Source: an uncultured delta proteobacterium (GTDB lineage Bacteria; Desulfobacterota; Binatia; Binatales; Binataceae). From it: DNA of 64,000 bases. Each line of letters opens with the position of its first letter. The first letter of the stretch is position 1. A model generated the notes under the pieces. That model had not been told where the DNA came from, did not search any database, and saw only the letters and a program-made list of their open reading frames with translations. Shown piece by piece: positions 1 to 10,400 of this stretch. The position numbers were made by a program, and so were the translations under genes. The stretch spans positions 960,001-1,024,000 of the forward strand of contig CAVQEQ010000003.1 of the NCBI GenBank assembly GCA_963711565.1, read 5' to 3'.

Positions 1-515
1 GCTACATCAACATCCCGATCACGCGGGTGGCCGGCGGCCAGCCGCATCCCGCCGAAGTGGTTCGCAGTTTCGGCATTCGCTACAGGGTGCCGACTCGCTA
101 CGTCACCGACTCAACCATCGTCGCGGTGAACGTCGGTGGCGCGATCGTTCCCGTGTTGATCTCGGTCTATCTGCTGATGCAAATGCCGACGATAATCTTG
201 CCGGCGTTGATCGGAGTCGCGATCGTCACCGCTATTGTCAATCGTTTCGCGATGCCGGTGCCGGGAATGGGAATCGCGACCCCGATGCTGATTCCGCCGA
301 TCGTCGCCGCCCTATGCGGCTACTTCCTCGGCTCCTCGCAGCATCATCGCGACGCAGTCGCATTCATCAGCGGCGTGATCGGCACGCTCGTCGGCGCCGA
401 CCTGCTCAACTTGCGCAACTTGCGCGATTTGGGGGCGCCAGTCGCCTCGATCGGCGGCGCCGGCACCTTCGACGGAATCTTCCTGACCGGAATCGTCGCC
501 GTATTGCTGGCGTGA
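1..515 (+). CDS. DUF1614-family membrane protein (5' truncated by window edge)
   Basis: Hydrophobic ORF with AVNVGGAIVP, GTLVGADLLNL and SIGGAGTFDGIFLTG motifs typical of DUF1614; frame is open to the window start. Confidence 0.8.
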   Translation, partial: YINIPITRVAGGQPHPAEVVRSFGIRYRVPTRYVTDSTIVAVNVGGAIVPVLISVYLLMQMPTIILPALIGVAIVTAIVNRFAMPVPGMGIATPMLIPPIVAALCGYFLGSSQHHRDAVAFISGVIGTLVGADLLNLRNLRDLGAPVASIGGAGTFDGIFLTGIVAVLLA

Positions 516-554
516 TCTCGAACGATGCATTTACTGCTAAGATCCAGCTACAAT

Positions 555-571
555 GGTTCCAAAATGGAACC
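555..571. promoter_or_regulatory. Palindromic operator upstream of TA operon (GGTTCCA-AAA-TGGAACC)
   Basis: Perfect 7-bp inverted repeat directly after TACAAT (549-554, -10-like) and 15 nt before the antitoxin ATG. Confidence 0.55.
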
Positions 572-585
572 GCTGGAGAGATATT

Positions 586-819
586 ATGACTTTGACACTT
601 TCGATTAAGAAGGTCCCTGAGAGAGTGGTCAAACGACTCAAGCGCAGGGCTGCCATCCACAAGCGATCGCTCCAGGGCGAGTTGATGGCTGTTCTGGAGG
701 AGGCGACGTCGCCAGGCCGTCTGACCGTTGAAGAACTTTGGCAGGAAGCGCGGCGACTCGGGCCTCCGACCCCCGGGGACAGCGCGAAAATGATTCGCGA
801 AGATCGCGATGCCCGATAA
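586..819 (+). CDS. FitA/Arc-like ribbon-helix-helix antitoxin
   Basis: MTLTLSIKKVPERVVKRLKRRAAIHKRSLQGEL RHH signature; GGAG RBS; overlaps the start of the PIN toxin gene. Confidence 0.85.
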   Translation: MTLTLSIKKVPERVVKRLKRRAAIHKRSLQGELMAVLEEATSPGRLTVEELWQEARRLGPPTPGDSAKMIREDRDAR

Positions 820-1192
820 GGTAGTTGATGCCTCGGTGATCGCAGCGCTCGCTTTCCTGGAATCGCGAGCGGAAGAAGCCCATGATTTGCTTCGTGACGC
901 GACTCTCTTCGCGCCGGAAATACTCCCATACGAATTGGCGAGCGTGGCTCTGAAGAAAACCAAAATAGAGCCATCACGGCATTTCGAATTCGCGATGCGC
1001 CTGCACGGAGCGCTTTCAACCCAAGTCAAACTGGTTCCTATGGCACCGCTTGAATTGCTCGAGTTAGCGCGCGAGACCAATCTCACAATTTATGATGCTG
1101 CCTACCTACAGGCCGCGCGTCGTCTTGGATACCCACTCGTTACATTCGACGCGAAACTCGCACGTCACGCTCGGCGCATCACGCAGGCTTGA
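809..1192 (+). CDS. vapC: VapC-family PIN-domain toxin
   Basis: VVDASV, E, YDAAY and LVTFD PIN acidic motifs; 127 aa; follows the antitoxin. Confidence 0.9.
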   Translation: MPDKVVDASVIAALAFLESRAEEAHDLLRDATLFAPEILPYELASVALKKTKIEPSRHFEFAMRLHGALSTQVKLVPMAPLELLELARETNLTIYDAAYLQAARRLGYPLVTFDAKLARHARRITQA

Positions 1193-1580
1193 ACTTCACC
1201 AGCGTGCATTCCGGGGTCACGTCGTCGAAGAACACCTGCACCGGCATCTCGACCCGCACACTCTCCGGCGGCGCGACGATATCGCTCGTCATGCGCGGTC
1301 CCTCGACCAGCTCTATGATCGCCAGCACGTACGGCGCGTCGGCAAACGCGCGGCTCGACGCTCGCCGCACGATGGTATAGCTGTACACTTTGCCGCGCCC
1401 GCTCACGCGCTCCCACGCGAGCTTGTCGGAGAAACATTTCGGGCATCGAGGACGCGGATAGTAGATATACTCGCGGCACGCGCCGCATCGCTGGATTGTC
1501 AACTCGTGGCGCCGCGCGGCCTCCCAGAACGGACGGCTCGTTGTCGAAGGCTTCGGAAGCGGTTTGTAGTATTCGCTCAT
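1179..1580 (-). CDS. Zn-ribbon/OB-fold (DUF35, ChsH2-like) protein
   Basis: MSEYYKP start overlaps the thiolase stop (ATGA); CGAC...CPKC ribbon and GKVYSYTIV. Confidence 0.9.
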   Translation of the reverse strand: MSEYYKPLPKPSTTSRPFWEAARRHELTIQRCGACREYIYYPRPRCPKCFSDKLAWERVSGRGKVYSYTIVRRASSRAFADAPYVLAIIELVEGPRMTSDIVAPPESVRVEMPVQVFFDDVTPECTLVKFKPA

Positions 1581-2734
1581 GATCGTCGCTCCAGCACGAG
1601 ACTGACCTGCTCGCTCATAATTCCGCCATTGCCGTTGACGTAGCCAAGCGCCGCATTCTTGACCTGCCGCTCGCCGCCGCGACCCATCAACTGCCTTATC
1701 GCTTCCGTCACGTGACTCATGCCGCCCGCCAGCCCCGGCTGCCCGAACGACAATTGCCCGCCATGCGTGTTGCACGGAAAGTCGCCGGCGTACGTTAGGT
1801 CGTGCTCCGCGACGAACGGGCCGCCCTGCCCTTTCTTGCAGAAGCCCGCGTCCTCGAGCGTGACGATCACCGTAATCGTGTAGCAGTCGTACGGGCACAC
1901 AAGGTCCATGTCCTTCGGCTGCAGTCCCGCCATCTTGAACGCGTTCTCGGCCGCCGGCTTGATCGGCGATGTTGTGATCGACGGCGCATAAGTAATCGTC
2001 GAATGATTGGCCGCTTCGCCCGCGCCGAGCAGCCAGATCGGCGGATGCTTCGCGCGCTTCGCCACTTCGGGCGACGCAACAATTATCGCTGCGCCGCCGC
2101 TCACCGGGCTTACGATCTCGAATAGATGTAGCGGGTCCACGATCATCCGCGAGTTCAGCACGTCGTCAATCGTGAGCGCCTTGTCGTTGAAAGTCGCCAG
2201 CGGGTTCTTGAGCGCGTTGGTCCGCTGATCGACCGCGACCTTCGCCATCTGCCGCGCCGTCGTGCCGTACTCATGCATATGGCGATGCGCGATCATCGCG
2301 TAGCCGCAGTTCGCGCCGATATTTCCGTACGGCGCTTCGAACTCGCGTTGCACCGAAACGACCGGCGGACGCTGATCTCCCACCTTGTTCAAATCCGCGA
2401 CGAGGCACAGCACCGCGCTGCACATCCCTGCGTCGATCGCGGCCGCCGCGCGCCAGATCATCCCAGCTCCGCTCGCGCCGCCGATATCGACCTGGTTCAG
2501 CATCCGCAGATTCAGCCCCAGCACCTCGGCCGCGCTCGCCGGATAAATCATCCCCGGATCGGAAAACGGCACGCCGACCAGGAAGCCGTCGATATCTTTT
2601 TTCTCCAGCCCCGCGTCTGCAATCGCCTCGGCCGAGACCCGCGCCATCTGGCCGAGCGCCGTCAAGTCGCCGGGCTCCTTGAACGGTTTGAGTTCGCCAA
2701 TTCCAATCGCCGCGGCTTTTCCTTTCAGGCTCAT
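1577..2734 (-). CDS. SCP2-type thiolase / lipid-transfer family protein
   Basis: YDCYT and NTHGGQLSFG motifs; paired with DUF35 gene. Confidence 0.9.
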   Translation of the reverse strand: MSLKGKAAAIGIGELKPFKEPGDLTALGQMARVSAEAIADAGLEKKDIDGFLVGVPFSDPGMIYPASAAEVLGLNLRMLNQVDIGGASGAGMIWRAAAAIDAGMCSAVLCLVADLNKVGDQRPPVVSVQREFEAPYGNIGANCGYAMIAHRHMHEYGTTARQMAKVAVDQRTNALKNPLATFNDKALTIDDVLNSRMIVDPLHLFEIVSPVSGGAAIIVASPEVAKRAKHPPIWLLGAGEAANHSTITYAPSITTSPIKPAAENAFKMAGLQPKDMDLVCPYDCYTITVIVTLEDAGFCKKGQGGPFVAEHDLTYAGDFPCNTHGGQLSFGQPGLAGGMSHVTEAIRQLMGRGGERQVKNAALGYVNGNGGIMSEQVSLVLERRS

Positions 2735-2855
2735 CGCATCGACTCCCGCGTTTCGTGCATCTCGATCACGACTACCACAAATTGCGGCCTGCGAGCGCGG
2801 TTCAATTCACCGAAAAAATCTTATAGCTTGGTTCGTTCGAGGTGCTTTTAACGAA

Positions 2856-3035
2856 ATGGCATTTATCATCTGTGACGACCACAATCTTGACGTCGAAGCC
2901 GACGGAATCGACAACGCCGTCGCCAAGCAGTTGATGCTGACCGACGCAAAACCGGACGCGACCGCGGTCGAAAAAGAAATCATCGAGTTCGGAAAAACGC
3001 ATCGCCATTGCAACATCCGGATTCTCGCCGGCTGA
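2856..3035 (+). CDS. Small hypothetical protein (59 aa)
   Basis: GAGGTG RBS at 2839-2844; MAFIICDDH...HRHCNIRILAG. Confidence 0.6.
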   Translation: MAFIICDDHNLDVEADGIDNAVAKQLMLTDAKPDATAVEKEIIEFGKTHRHCNIRILAG

Positions 3036-3150
3036 TTTTCAGATTCGCGACACGATCTCGGATTCGCGAGAGATCGTCGCGCACACACGCCCGCGCGCAT
3101 TTTACGCCTTCGATGTTGACCGGCTGACCAACCGGCAGATACACTGCCGA

Positions 3151-3227
3151 GGCGGGGTGGAGCAGTCTGGTAGCTCGCCGGGCTCATAACCCGGAGGTCG
3201 AAGGTTCAAATCCTTCCCCCGCAACCA
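3151..3227 (+). tRNA. tRNA-Met(CAT), initiator type
   Basis: 77 nt, closely resembles bacterial tRNA-fMet; three consecutive G-C pairs in the anticodon stem, CAT anticodon, unpaired 1:72, encoded CCA. Confidence 0.97.
3183..3227 (+). repeat. attL core: 45-bp direct repeat (tRNA 3' half)
   Basis: CTCATAACCCGGAGGTCGAAGGTTCAAATCCTTCCCCCGCAACCA is identical at 54883-54927. Confidence 0.95.
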
Positions 3228-3296
3228 CGAAATTCGCAATTCTAGCAGGCACTTTTGAGAAGCGCGTTAGCGCAGACCGTCGCTGCCGATACCGCC

Positions 3297-3318
3297 GGTG
3301 CCGTTTTTGGTGCCGGTT
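3297..3318 (+). promoter_or_regulatory. Putative integrase arm-type sites (GGTGCCG[T/G]TT x2, 12-bp period)
   Basis: Same tandem decamer with the same period near attR (54766-54787). Confidence 0.7.
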
Positions 3319-4218
3319 CCGAATCAGCGAATGTTACATCTGCGAAGTATATGGCCGGTAGCAGCCATCGCATAATTGAACCTTGATGACAGTCCAGAGC
3401 CCGACTGACCGCGTGATCGATCTTGCGAATGCTGCTCGGCTTGCCGTATCGGACGCGTTTATGCGGCGCTTTTCTCGTTGGCGGCGGCCTCAAGCGATTC
3501 CTCGACTGACCGTAGCCCCCGATTCGCCACGCCAGCGGCCATAGCGGCGCACAGGCGTTAGGGGCAGGGTTTCACCGGTATTACTCAGTATTACCAGATA
3601 CGCATGTAGTCATTGTGCGCCAAAGGTTTTCCCGTATTTTGAAAGAGGACGAATGTTGCCATCCATTGATATCAAATGTGACGAGGATCCCCACAAAATC
3701 CCCCACAGTCCGATTCCGTTTTCATATCCGACTAAATCCGTAGGAGAAGTGTATCGCGAAGACGCTCTTGAACACCAAGCCGCCGCCACAAACAGAGTTG
3801 TTCGGCCGCTTACCGAGATGACCCCGGCCGTCCTCAATGAGGGTTGAATGACGATGCGCGGACAGGAGTCCCGGAACTGCGAACTCGCGACGCGGCATAG
3901 GTTTCTCGTATCATGACGGTTTCTGGCCGCGCTCGCCGTCAACCTGATGGCAGTTTTGGTGGCAGTTGCAGTCAGACGAGCGTGGTGTGTACGCTGTACG
4001 AGCGGGCCGCAGCCTCTGGTGTCGAACAGAATGCCAGAAGGAATTCATCCTGAATGATCCTGAGCAATTGAAGGCGATCGCGTTTCCAATATTCGGAACG
4101 GGATCGATCCAACTTGTTCGCCGGGAATCTTGGGCCCGGATTTCGAGCGATTCTCCGAGATGTGCGAATACTCGCGACTGCTTGGCGGATGACGCAGTCT
4201 GATGCGAACTGCTCTCCG

Positions 4219-4274
4219 CGTCAACCTGTCAACGGGTTGACACTTGAGCGGCGGTTGACAAAGTGGGGTTGACG
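4219..4274. repeat. GTCAACC/GGTTGAC heptamer array A
   Basis: GTCAACC at 4220; GGTTGAC at 4235, 4253 and 4267; 4235-4274 matches the reverse complement of 35743-35782 at 35/40. Confidence 0.85.
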
Positions 4275-4638
4275 CATGGAGTTGAGAAGCCAGACAGAAT
4301 GAATAAAACGGTGTTATTTGTGCGCATGACGGTGATTGGCGATCTCTTGAATGCTTGCGAGCGCGATCTTGTGCGCGCACCTATGACCGAGTCTACTTGG
4401 CCCCTCTGAGCGCTTCCTTCGCTTCTTGCCTCTCTGCCTCGTGGCCTCCCATGTCCTCAAAGACACTCATGGCGTCTTCAATTAGCTGTCAACGCCGGAG
4501 CAAAAGTACATCAACAGGCCGGAGTAAAAATGCATCACTCCTGGCCGGGTTAGTTTGAGCTCTGGGCAGGAGGAGCGCGAGGGGGATTTTCCCCCTCGCC
4601 CATCTGTGGAACTAAGGGCTGAGCGACCCGGTGGTGGG

Positions 4639-5418
4639 TCAGTCGGGTTCTTGCGGTGGTTGCTCTTCTACGATCTGACCTCTGCTGTGCTTAAGCCTGA
4701 AGCTATCGCCGTTCATCTCGAGGATGTGGACATGATGGGTGAGGCGATCGAGCAGCGCGCCGGTCAGTCGCTCGGAGCCGAACACGCCGGTCCACTCATC
4801 GAAGGGCAGATTGCTGGTCACGATGATCGAGCCGCGTTCGTAGCGCTGGCTGAAGACCTCGAACAGCAACTCGGCGCCGGTCTGTGACAGCGGAACGTAG
4901 CCGAGCTCGTCGACGATCAGCAGCTTTAAGCCGGCGAGTTGCCGTTGCAGTCGCTGCAGACGCTTTTCGTCGTGTGCTTCGTGCAGTTCGTTGACCAGGG
5001 CCGCAGCGGTAGTGAAGCCAACCGCGAGACCCTTCTGGCACGCTGCCAGTCCGAGCCCCAGCGCGATGTGAGTCTTGCCGGTGCCGCTGTTACCGAGCGC
5101 GATGACGTTCTCACGGCGGCCGACGTACTCCGAGCGGGCCAGTTCCAGCACCAAGGTCTTGTTGAGCGAGGGGATGGCGGTGAAGTCGAAGCTGTCGAGG
5201 CTCTTCACTGCGGGGAACCTGGCTTCCTTGATCCGGCGCTCGATGGTCCGCCGTTCCCGGTCGATCATCTCAAGCTCGGCCAGGCGCAGCAGGTAGCGCG
5301 AGTGATCGACACCTTCGGCGGCGCACTGGCGCGCCAGCTTGTCGTACTCACGCAGGAAGGTTGGGAGCCTCAGCGCCTTAAGGTGGTGAGCGAGCAGAAC
5401 CTGCGGTGTGTCGCTCAT
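4639..5418 (-). CDS. istB: IS21 helper AAA+ ATPase IstB
   Basis: GNSGTGKT Walker A, LLIVDELGY, ALLDRL; ATGA overlap with istA. Confidence 0.95.
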   Translation of the reverse strand: MSDTPQVLLAHHLKALRLPTFLREYDKLARQCAAEGVDHSRYLLRLAELEMIDRERRTIERRIKEARFPAVKSLDSFDFTAIPSLNKTLVLELARSEYVGRRENVIALGNSGTGKTHIALGLGLAACQKGLAVGFTTAAALVNELHEAHDEKRLQRLQRQLAGLKLLIVDELGYVPLSQTGAELLFEVFSQRYERGSIIVTSNLPFDEWTGVFGSERLTGALLDRLTHHVHILEMNGDSFRLKHSRGQIVEEQPPQEPD

Positions 5419-6917
5419 GACGATGCCCCTCCCGCCAGCAGGCTCAAGTAGGCCCGGGCCGAGGTGGTCGCGACGGTGGCGCGCGGCAAGTAGGGATAGA
5501 TCTTTAGGTCCAGCCGTGGTGGTCGCCGTTCGATGCGGCACAACACCAGATGCTTGACTGCGTCGAAGCTGATCACTCCGCGCGCGATCGCTTCTCTCAC
5601 CGCCGCTGATACGTCATCGGTGCGGAACACCTCCAGCAGGCGCAGCACCTGCACGAACTCGCGTTTGCCCGGCTTGCTCAGGCGAGCCTCGAGCAGACGG
5701 CGCAGGGTCGCGAACTCTTCAGGCAGTTCCCAACCGACCAGTGGCGCGGCCTGGTCCAGCGCGCCGATCTTCCGTTCCAGCAGCGCCAGGTAGTGCAGCG
5801 GATCGAAGATGAAGTTTTCGCGCTCGTAGGAGCGCAGATGACGCGCGATCTCTTCCGCCGCGCAGGCGATCACCACTTCGTGGACGTAACCGCGAACCAG
5901 CACCTCGCGGTGGCCGTAAGCGGTGGGCACCGAATAGTCGTTGCCCCGATAGCGCACCAGCGAGAGCGAGCTGACTCGCGCTGCTCTCTTCTCGCAGGCT
6001 TCATAGGGAGTGGCCGGCAACGGCAGGAAGGCAGCGCGGTCTCGCACCAGTCGCTCGGCGATGGTCTGATCATGGCCACGCAGCCGATCGTTCAACCTAC
6101 GGCGGCAGTCCTCCAGCAAGCGCGCGTTGAGTTCGGCGAAGCTGGCCGCATGAGGGATCGGCACCATGAAGTTGCGCCGCGCGTAGCCGACCAACCCTTC
6201 GACCTTGCCCTTGTCATTGCCCTTACCGGGTCGTCCGAAGCGATCGGCGAACAGGTAGTGGGACTGCAGCTCGCTGAAGACCCGGGTCCTTAGCCGCCGG
6301 CCGTCTCCCAGGATGCGCGCCACCGCCAGCTTGAGGTTGTCGTACAGGATCGAGCGCGGCACCCCGCCGAAGAACTCGAAGCCGACGTTGTGTCCTTCAC
6401 AGAAGGCTTCGCTGCTCTCCGATGGATAGGCCTGTACCAGGCAGCTGTCGCTGTGCGGCAGATCCATCGCGAAGAAGTGGATCTTCCGCTCCTCTCCGCC
6501 GATCACTGCCAGCGCTTCGCCGAAGTCAACCTGTGCGTGTCCCGGTTCGTGGCGCAACGGCACGAACATCTCACGCGACCGCTGCCGCCGCTCGTGCACG
6601 TAGTCCTTTACAACGGTGATCCCGCCGGCGTAGCCGTGCTCGTCTCGCAGCCGCTCGAAAATCCGCTTCGAGGTGTGCTGCTGCTTGGCTGGCTGTCCCT
6701 TATCTTCCTCCAGGATCCGATCGATGATCCCAACGAACGGATCCAGCTTCGGCCGCGCCAGCGGCAGGCCCCGCCGATATCCCGGCGGCACCGAGAACGC
6801 CAGCATCTTCGCCACCGTCCGTGGGTCGATCCCGAATCGCCGCGCTGCCTCGCGCCGGCTCAGTCCTTCAACATAGACCGCTCGTCGCACCTGCCCATAC
6901 AGTTCCACGCCTTTCAT
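5415..6917 (-). CDS. istA: IS21 DDE transposase IstA
   Basis: N-terminal HTH, AQVDFG, YDN, KGKVE motifs. Confidence 0.95.
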   Translation of the reverse strand: MKGVELYGQVRRAVYVEGLSRREAARRFGIDPRTVAKMLAFSVPPGYRRGLPLARPKLDPFVGIIDRILEEDKGQPAKQQHTSKRIFERLRDEHGYAGGITVVKDYVHERRQRSREMFVPLRHEPGHAQVDFGEALAVIGGEERKIHFFAMDLPHSDSCLVQAYPSESSEAFCEGHNVGFEFFGGVPRSILYDNLKLAVARILGDGRRLRTRVFSELQSHYLFADRFGRPGKGNDKGKVEGLVGYARRNFMVPIPHAASFAELNARLLEDCRRRLNDRLRGHDQTIAERLVRDRAAFLPLPATPYEACEKRAARVSSLSLVRYRGNDYSVPTAYGHREVLVRGYVHEVVIACAAEEIARHLRSYERENFIFDPLHYLALLERKIGALDQAAPLVGWELPEEFATLRRLLEARLSKPGKREFVQVLRLLEVFRTDDVSAAVREAIARGVISFDAVKHLVLCRIERRPPRLDLKIYPYLPRATVATTSARAYLSLLAGGASS

Positions 6918-7496
6918 CCCTCCGCCTTCAACCCTCCAGGCTGAAGGCTATCTCGTGCTGGAGTTTTACTCCGGCGCGACCGGTCTATCCGGCCGCTTCA
7001 CTGAGGGATTTTCTCTCCGGCGCTTACAGGACCTTAAGCCAGATCGAAATTAGGACACTACCCGGCAGGGGGACGCGTGCAGGCGAGCGGTCTCGGCTTC
7101 GAGCTCACGGTTGGTTGATGAACGTGTCAGCGATTCCGGTTCCTCGTATGTTTGCGGCGAATGGTCACCTGCCACAGAAGAATCGCGTCTGCGTCACACT
7201 TCTGGTTCAGCCGCGAGACGATTCCCTCGAGTTCCCGGCGCGCCATTTTGACGGCAACTTGTTGCCCGCTGGTTGTGATCATCGGGGCGCCAACCCGTAG
7301 CATCTCGCTGTTGTGTGCATCCAGACTCGCTGCTTTAGTGACAGAAGTTACTGAGAATGGATGGCTGTATCGGATCGCTTCATCCCGCTCCATAGATGGA
7401 GGTGCCATAGGAAGTCACCAGACTGGAAAAGAATCTTTATGTGGCGCGTCCGCGATGATCGTGCTAGAAAGCGGATTGTCAAGAGGAATTTGTCTC

Positions 7497-10400
7497 ATGC
7501 GGCTTTCATGGGGTTGGACTGGGGCATGCCAGCAAACAGTCGCACGGCTGGGTTCCATCACGTTCGTTTTGTTCCTAGGATTCGTTTCTGCCGTTTCGGC
7601 CAGCGACTCCTCCAGCCGTTCAACGATTCCCGAATGCGACGCGTTTGCCGCCGCTTCGCTGCAGTCGGACAGGCGCCTGCCGACGGAACCAAACGTCACC
7701 GCGACAACCTGCCCGAATGAGAGCGGCGACACGCTTGGACCCGGCAACGCCGGTTCCGACCTGATCGTGTCCGGCGGTACCTGCAACGTCACCGGCACTC
7801 CGGAAACGTACATGTACCGCAACATCAACATTATCAAAGGCGGAATTCTCAAGTTCGCCGATGCGCCCATCGACCTGTACGCCGCCAATATTATCATCGA
7901 AAACCAGGGGACGATGATCGCGGGCAGCGTCAATTCCAGCACCGGGATAATCACTCCGATCGCCGGACCACTCACGATTCATCTGTACGGCGCAAATCAG
8001 GGGCCCGGAGGCGCCGGAGCGAGTTGCCAAACCGACGCGATCTGCGGGGTTCCCGACGATATATGGAAAACCAACGACATGATGACGTCGTATCCGGACA
8101 CTTGTAAGGTCACCAAAAACCTTCCGGGTGGCGTCAACGATTGCTTTTACGCCTACGACTACATGCCGTTCGACTACGGCAAGGTTACCGGCGAGACCGG
8201 AAAGTGCTCGATGAAAGATCGAAGCTGCGGTTACTTCGGCTACAAGGTGTTGGGCGTCGGCTATGGTGCAACGCTTCAGCTGTACGGGAAAAAAGGCGCG
8301 ACCTACGAGACGAGCGTCGTGCCGAGCGACCCGAGCAACACCGGCACCAGCTGGGTGAGGCTGAACAACTGCAACCCGAACGTCAACGATCCGACCAAGC
8401 AGTGCAATATGGGCGTGCTGCAACCGGGGGCCAACACACTGGTACTGTCGAGCCTCGTCGATTGGCAGGTGAACGATAATATCGTCGTGAGCTCGACTGA
8501 CTATTTGCCGGGGCACGCCGAGCAACTGCAGATCACGAGTGTTGTCAACTCCGACACCGTTCCACCGTTCACCACACTGACGGTCAAAAAGATTCTACCC
8601 AACGGAACTACAACCAATCTCCAGTTCCCACACAATGCATCGGTTTACAGTCTGAGTAAGGTACCGAGTGGACAGGTGCCGACCGGCTGGACCTCGGTCG
8701 ACACTCGCGCGGCAGTCGCGCTGCTGACCCGCAGCATTCGCATCGTTTCGAATGGCGATACGGTAGCGGTTCCTTTTCCTGCTGCGCCGCTGCCGCCGAT
8801 AACCCCGGCCACCCAGGGCTACTGGTTCGGGGGCCACATGGTAATTCGCCAGGGATTCCAGAAGGTCCAGATCCAGGGAGTCGAATTCTACCAGATGGGG
8901 CAAGGTGGAAAGCTCGGTCACTATCCCGTTCATTTCCACATGGCGCGCAAGGTCCCCAATACCACTTTCGTCAAAGACAGCTCGGTGTGGGATTCGATGA
9001 CTCGATGGTACGTGTTGCACGCCACGCAGGGCGTGGTGCTGGCACGCAACGTCGGCTATGCGTCGATCGGTCATGGGTACTACCTGGAAGACGGCACTGA
9101 GACCGACAACAAGCTCTACGCCAACGTAGGAATTTTCGCGCGCGCCGCGGTCACCAACGCTCAGAATCCGCGTAATGTCCCGGGCATTCTCGCCGCGCCG
9201 GACTATCCCCTGATCCCGCAAGAGGACGGCAAGCCTCCCCTGCAAGCGGGGCCCTCGGACGATGTGGTTCCCTATCACTCGGACTGGGACCATCCGACCG
9301 TGTTCTGGATCATGAACGCGTGGAACGATTTCGAGTACAACATGGCGGCCGGCGCGGGCACCTGCGGGGTCTGCTACTGGCTGCTACCGGGTATCAACAG
9401 CGGCGGATCACGGAGCATGAACTGGACTTCGTATGCGTCCGAGCAGCAGTTGCCGGATTCAAAGACCAGCGGCGGGACTACGCCCCTGCAGATTTTCGAG
9501 GGCAACACCTGCGTTTCCGCGATGTCTTCATTTCTGACAGTCGGCAACACGACGGCCTGCAATGGAGTGCAAATCGGAATCAATCCGCCCTCGGGTCCCG
9601 ACGCTGGCATCTATCCGGTTCTCAACCAGTCGGCCGCGGTGTCTTCGTCGCCCGACTACAATCTGCCACCATCGTCGAAGAGCGGCACGAAGGTGGACGG
9701 AAATGGCTTCTCTGCCGACAACTACTATCCACATATCGGCGGTGGCGGGCGTTTCCCGACAAGATGTACCGGCACGGGAGATTGCAGCAAGCAGAAAGTG
9801 TGCAGCAGCGAGGATGAGTCGAATTGCGTCATCACCAACATCGACCACTTCGTTTCGTCCTTCACCTGGCAGGCGACGAATTTCGCCGCGATCTGGCTGC
9901 GTCCTTTGTGGTATTTGTTCATCAACAGTGCGGTTACGGATGCGCAGAACGGTGGAATCACCTTTGTGACCGGCGGCGGATATACTAAGTCTGACGCGAT
10001 CAATGGACATTGGGCGCTTGCTCGCAAAGACGTCTTTATCGGAAACACACAAAATTCCCGGGCCAACCCTTTCGCCTCGAACGTGGGACCGTTCAACCCG
10101 AGCACCATGCTGAAATGCGCGCAGAACCCGATGCCGAACCCCCCCGGCGGCTTCTACGCCGCGCCGGGTAACTACTGCCTTGACGCGTCCGACGGCATTT
10201 CTTTCGCGTTGGCTACGTTCGCCAATAACCAGCGCCTCTTCAGCATCTATGACGGGCCCGCTTACGAGGATTCCAATTCTTATCTGGATATTACGGCAAC
10301 GAAGCTGGATAACGACCCGATCACGGGATGCAACCCTCAACCTCCTCCGCCCAACATGGATCCTGACCACAACTGCGCGAATAGCCAGTACTCGCAGGCC

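Larger units (their letters stand above)
4487..7028 (-). mobile_element. IS21-family element, copy 1 (2542 bp)
   Basis: Ends TGTCAACGCCGGAG...CTCCGGCGCTTACA with internal repeated CCGGAG sites; istA and istB; no TSD. Confidence 0.95.

Noticed and set aside
7152-7496. N-terminal 115 aa of the G8 ORF
   Set aside because: No RBS at the TTG; the RBS and signal-like segment point to ATG 7497.
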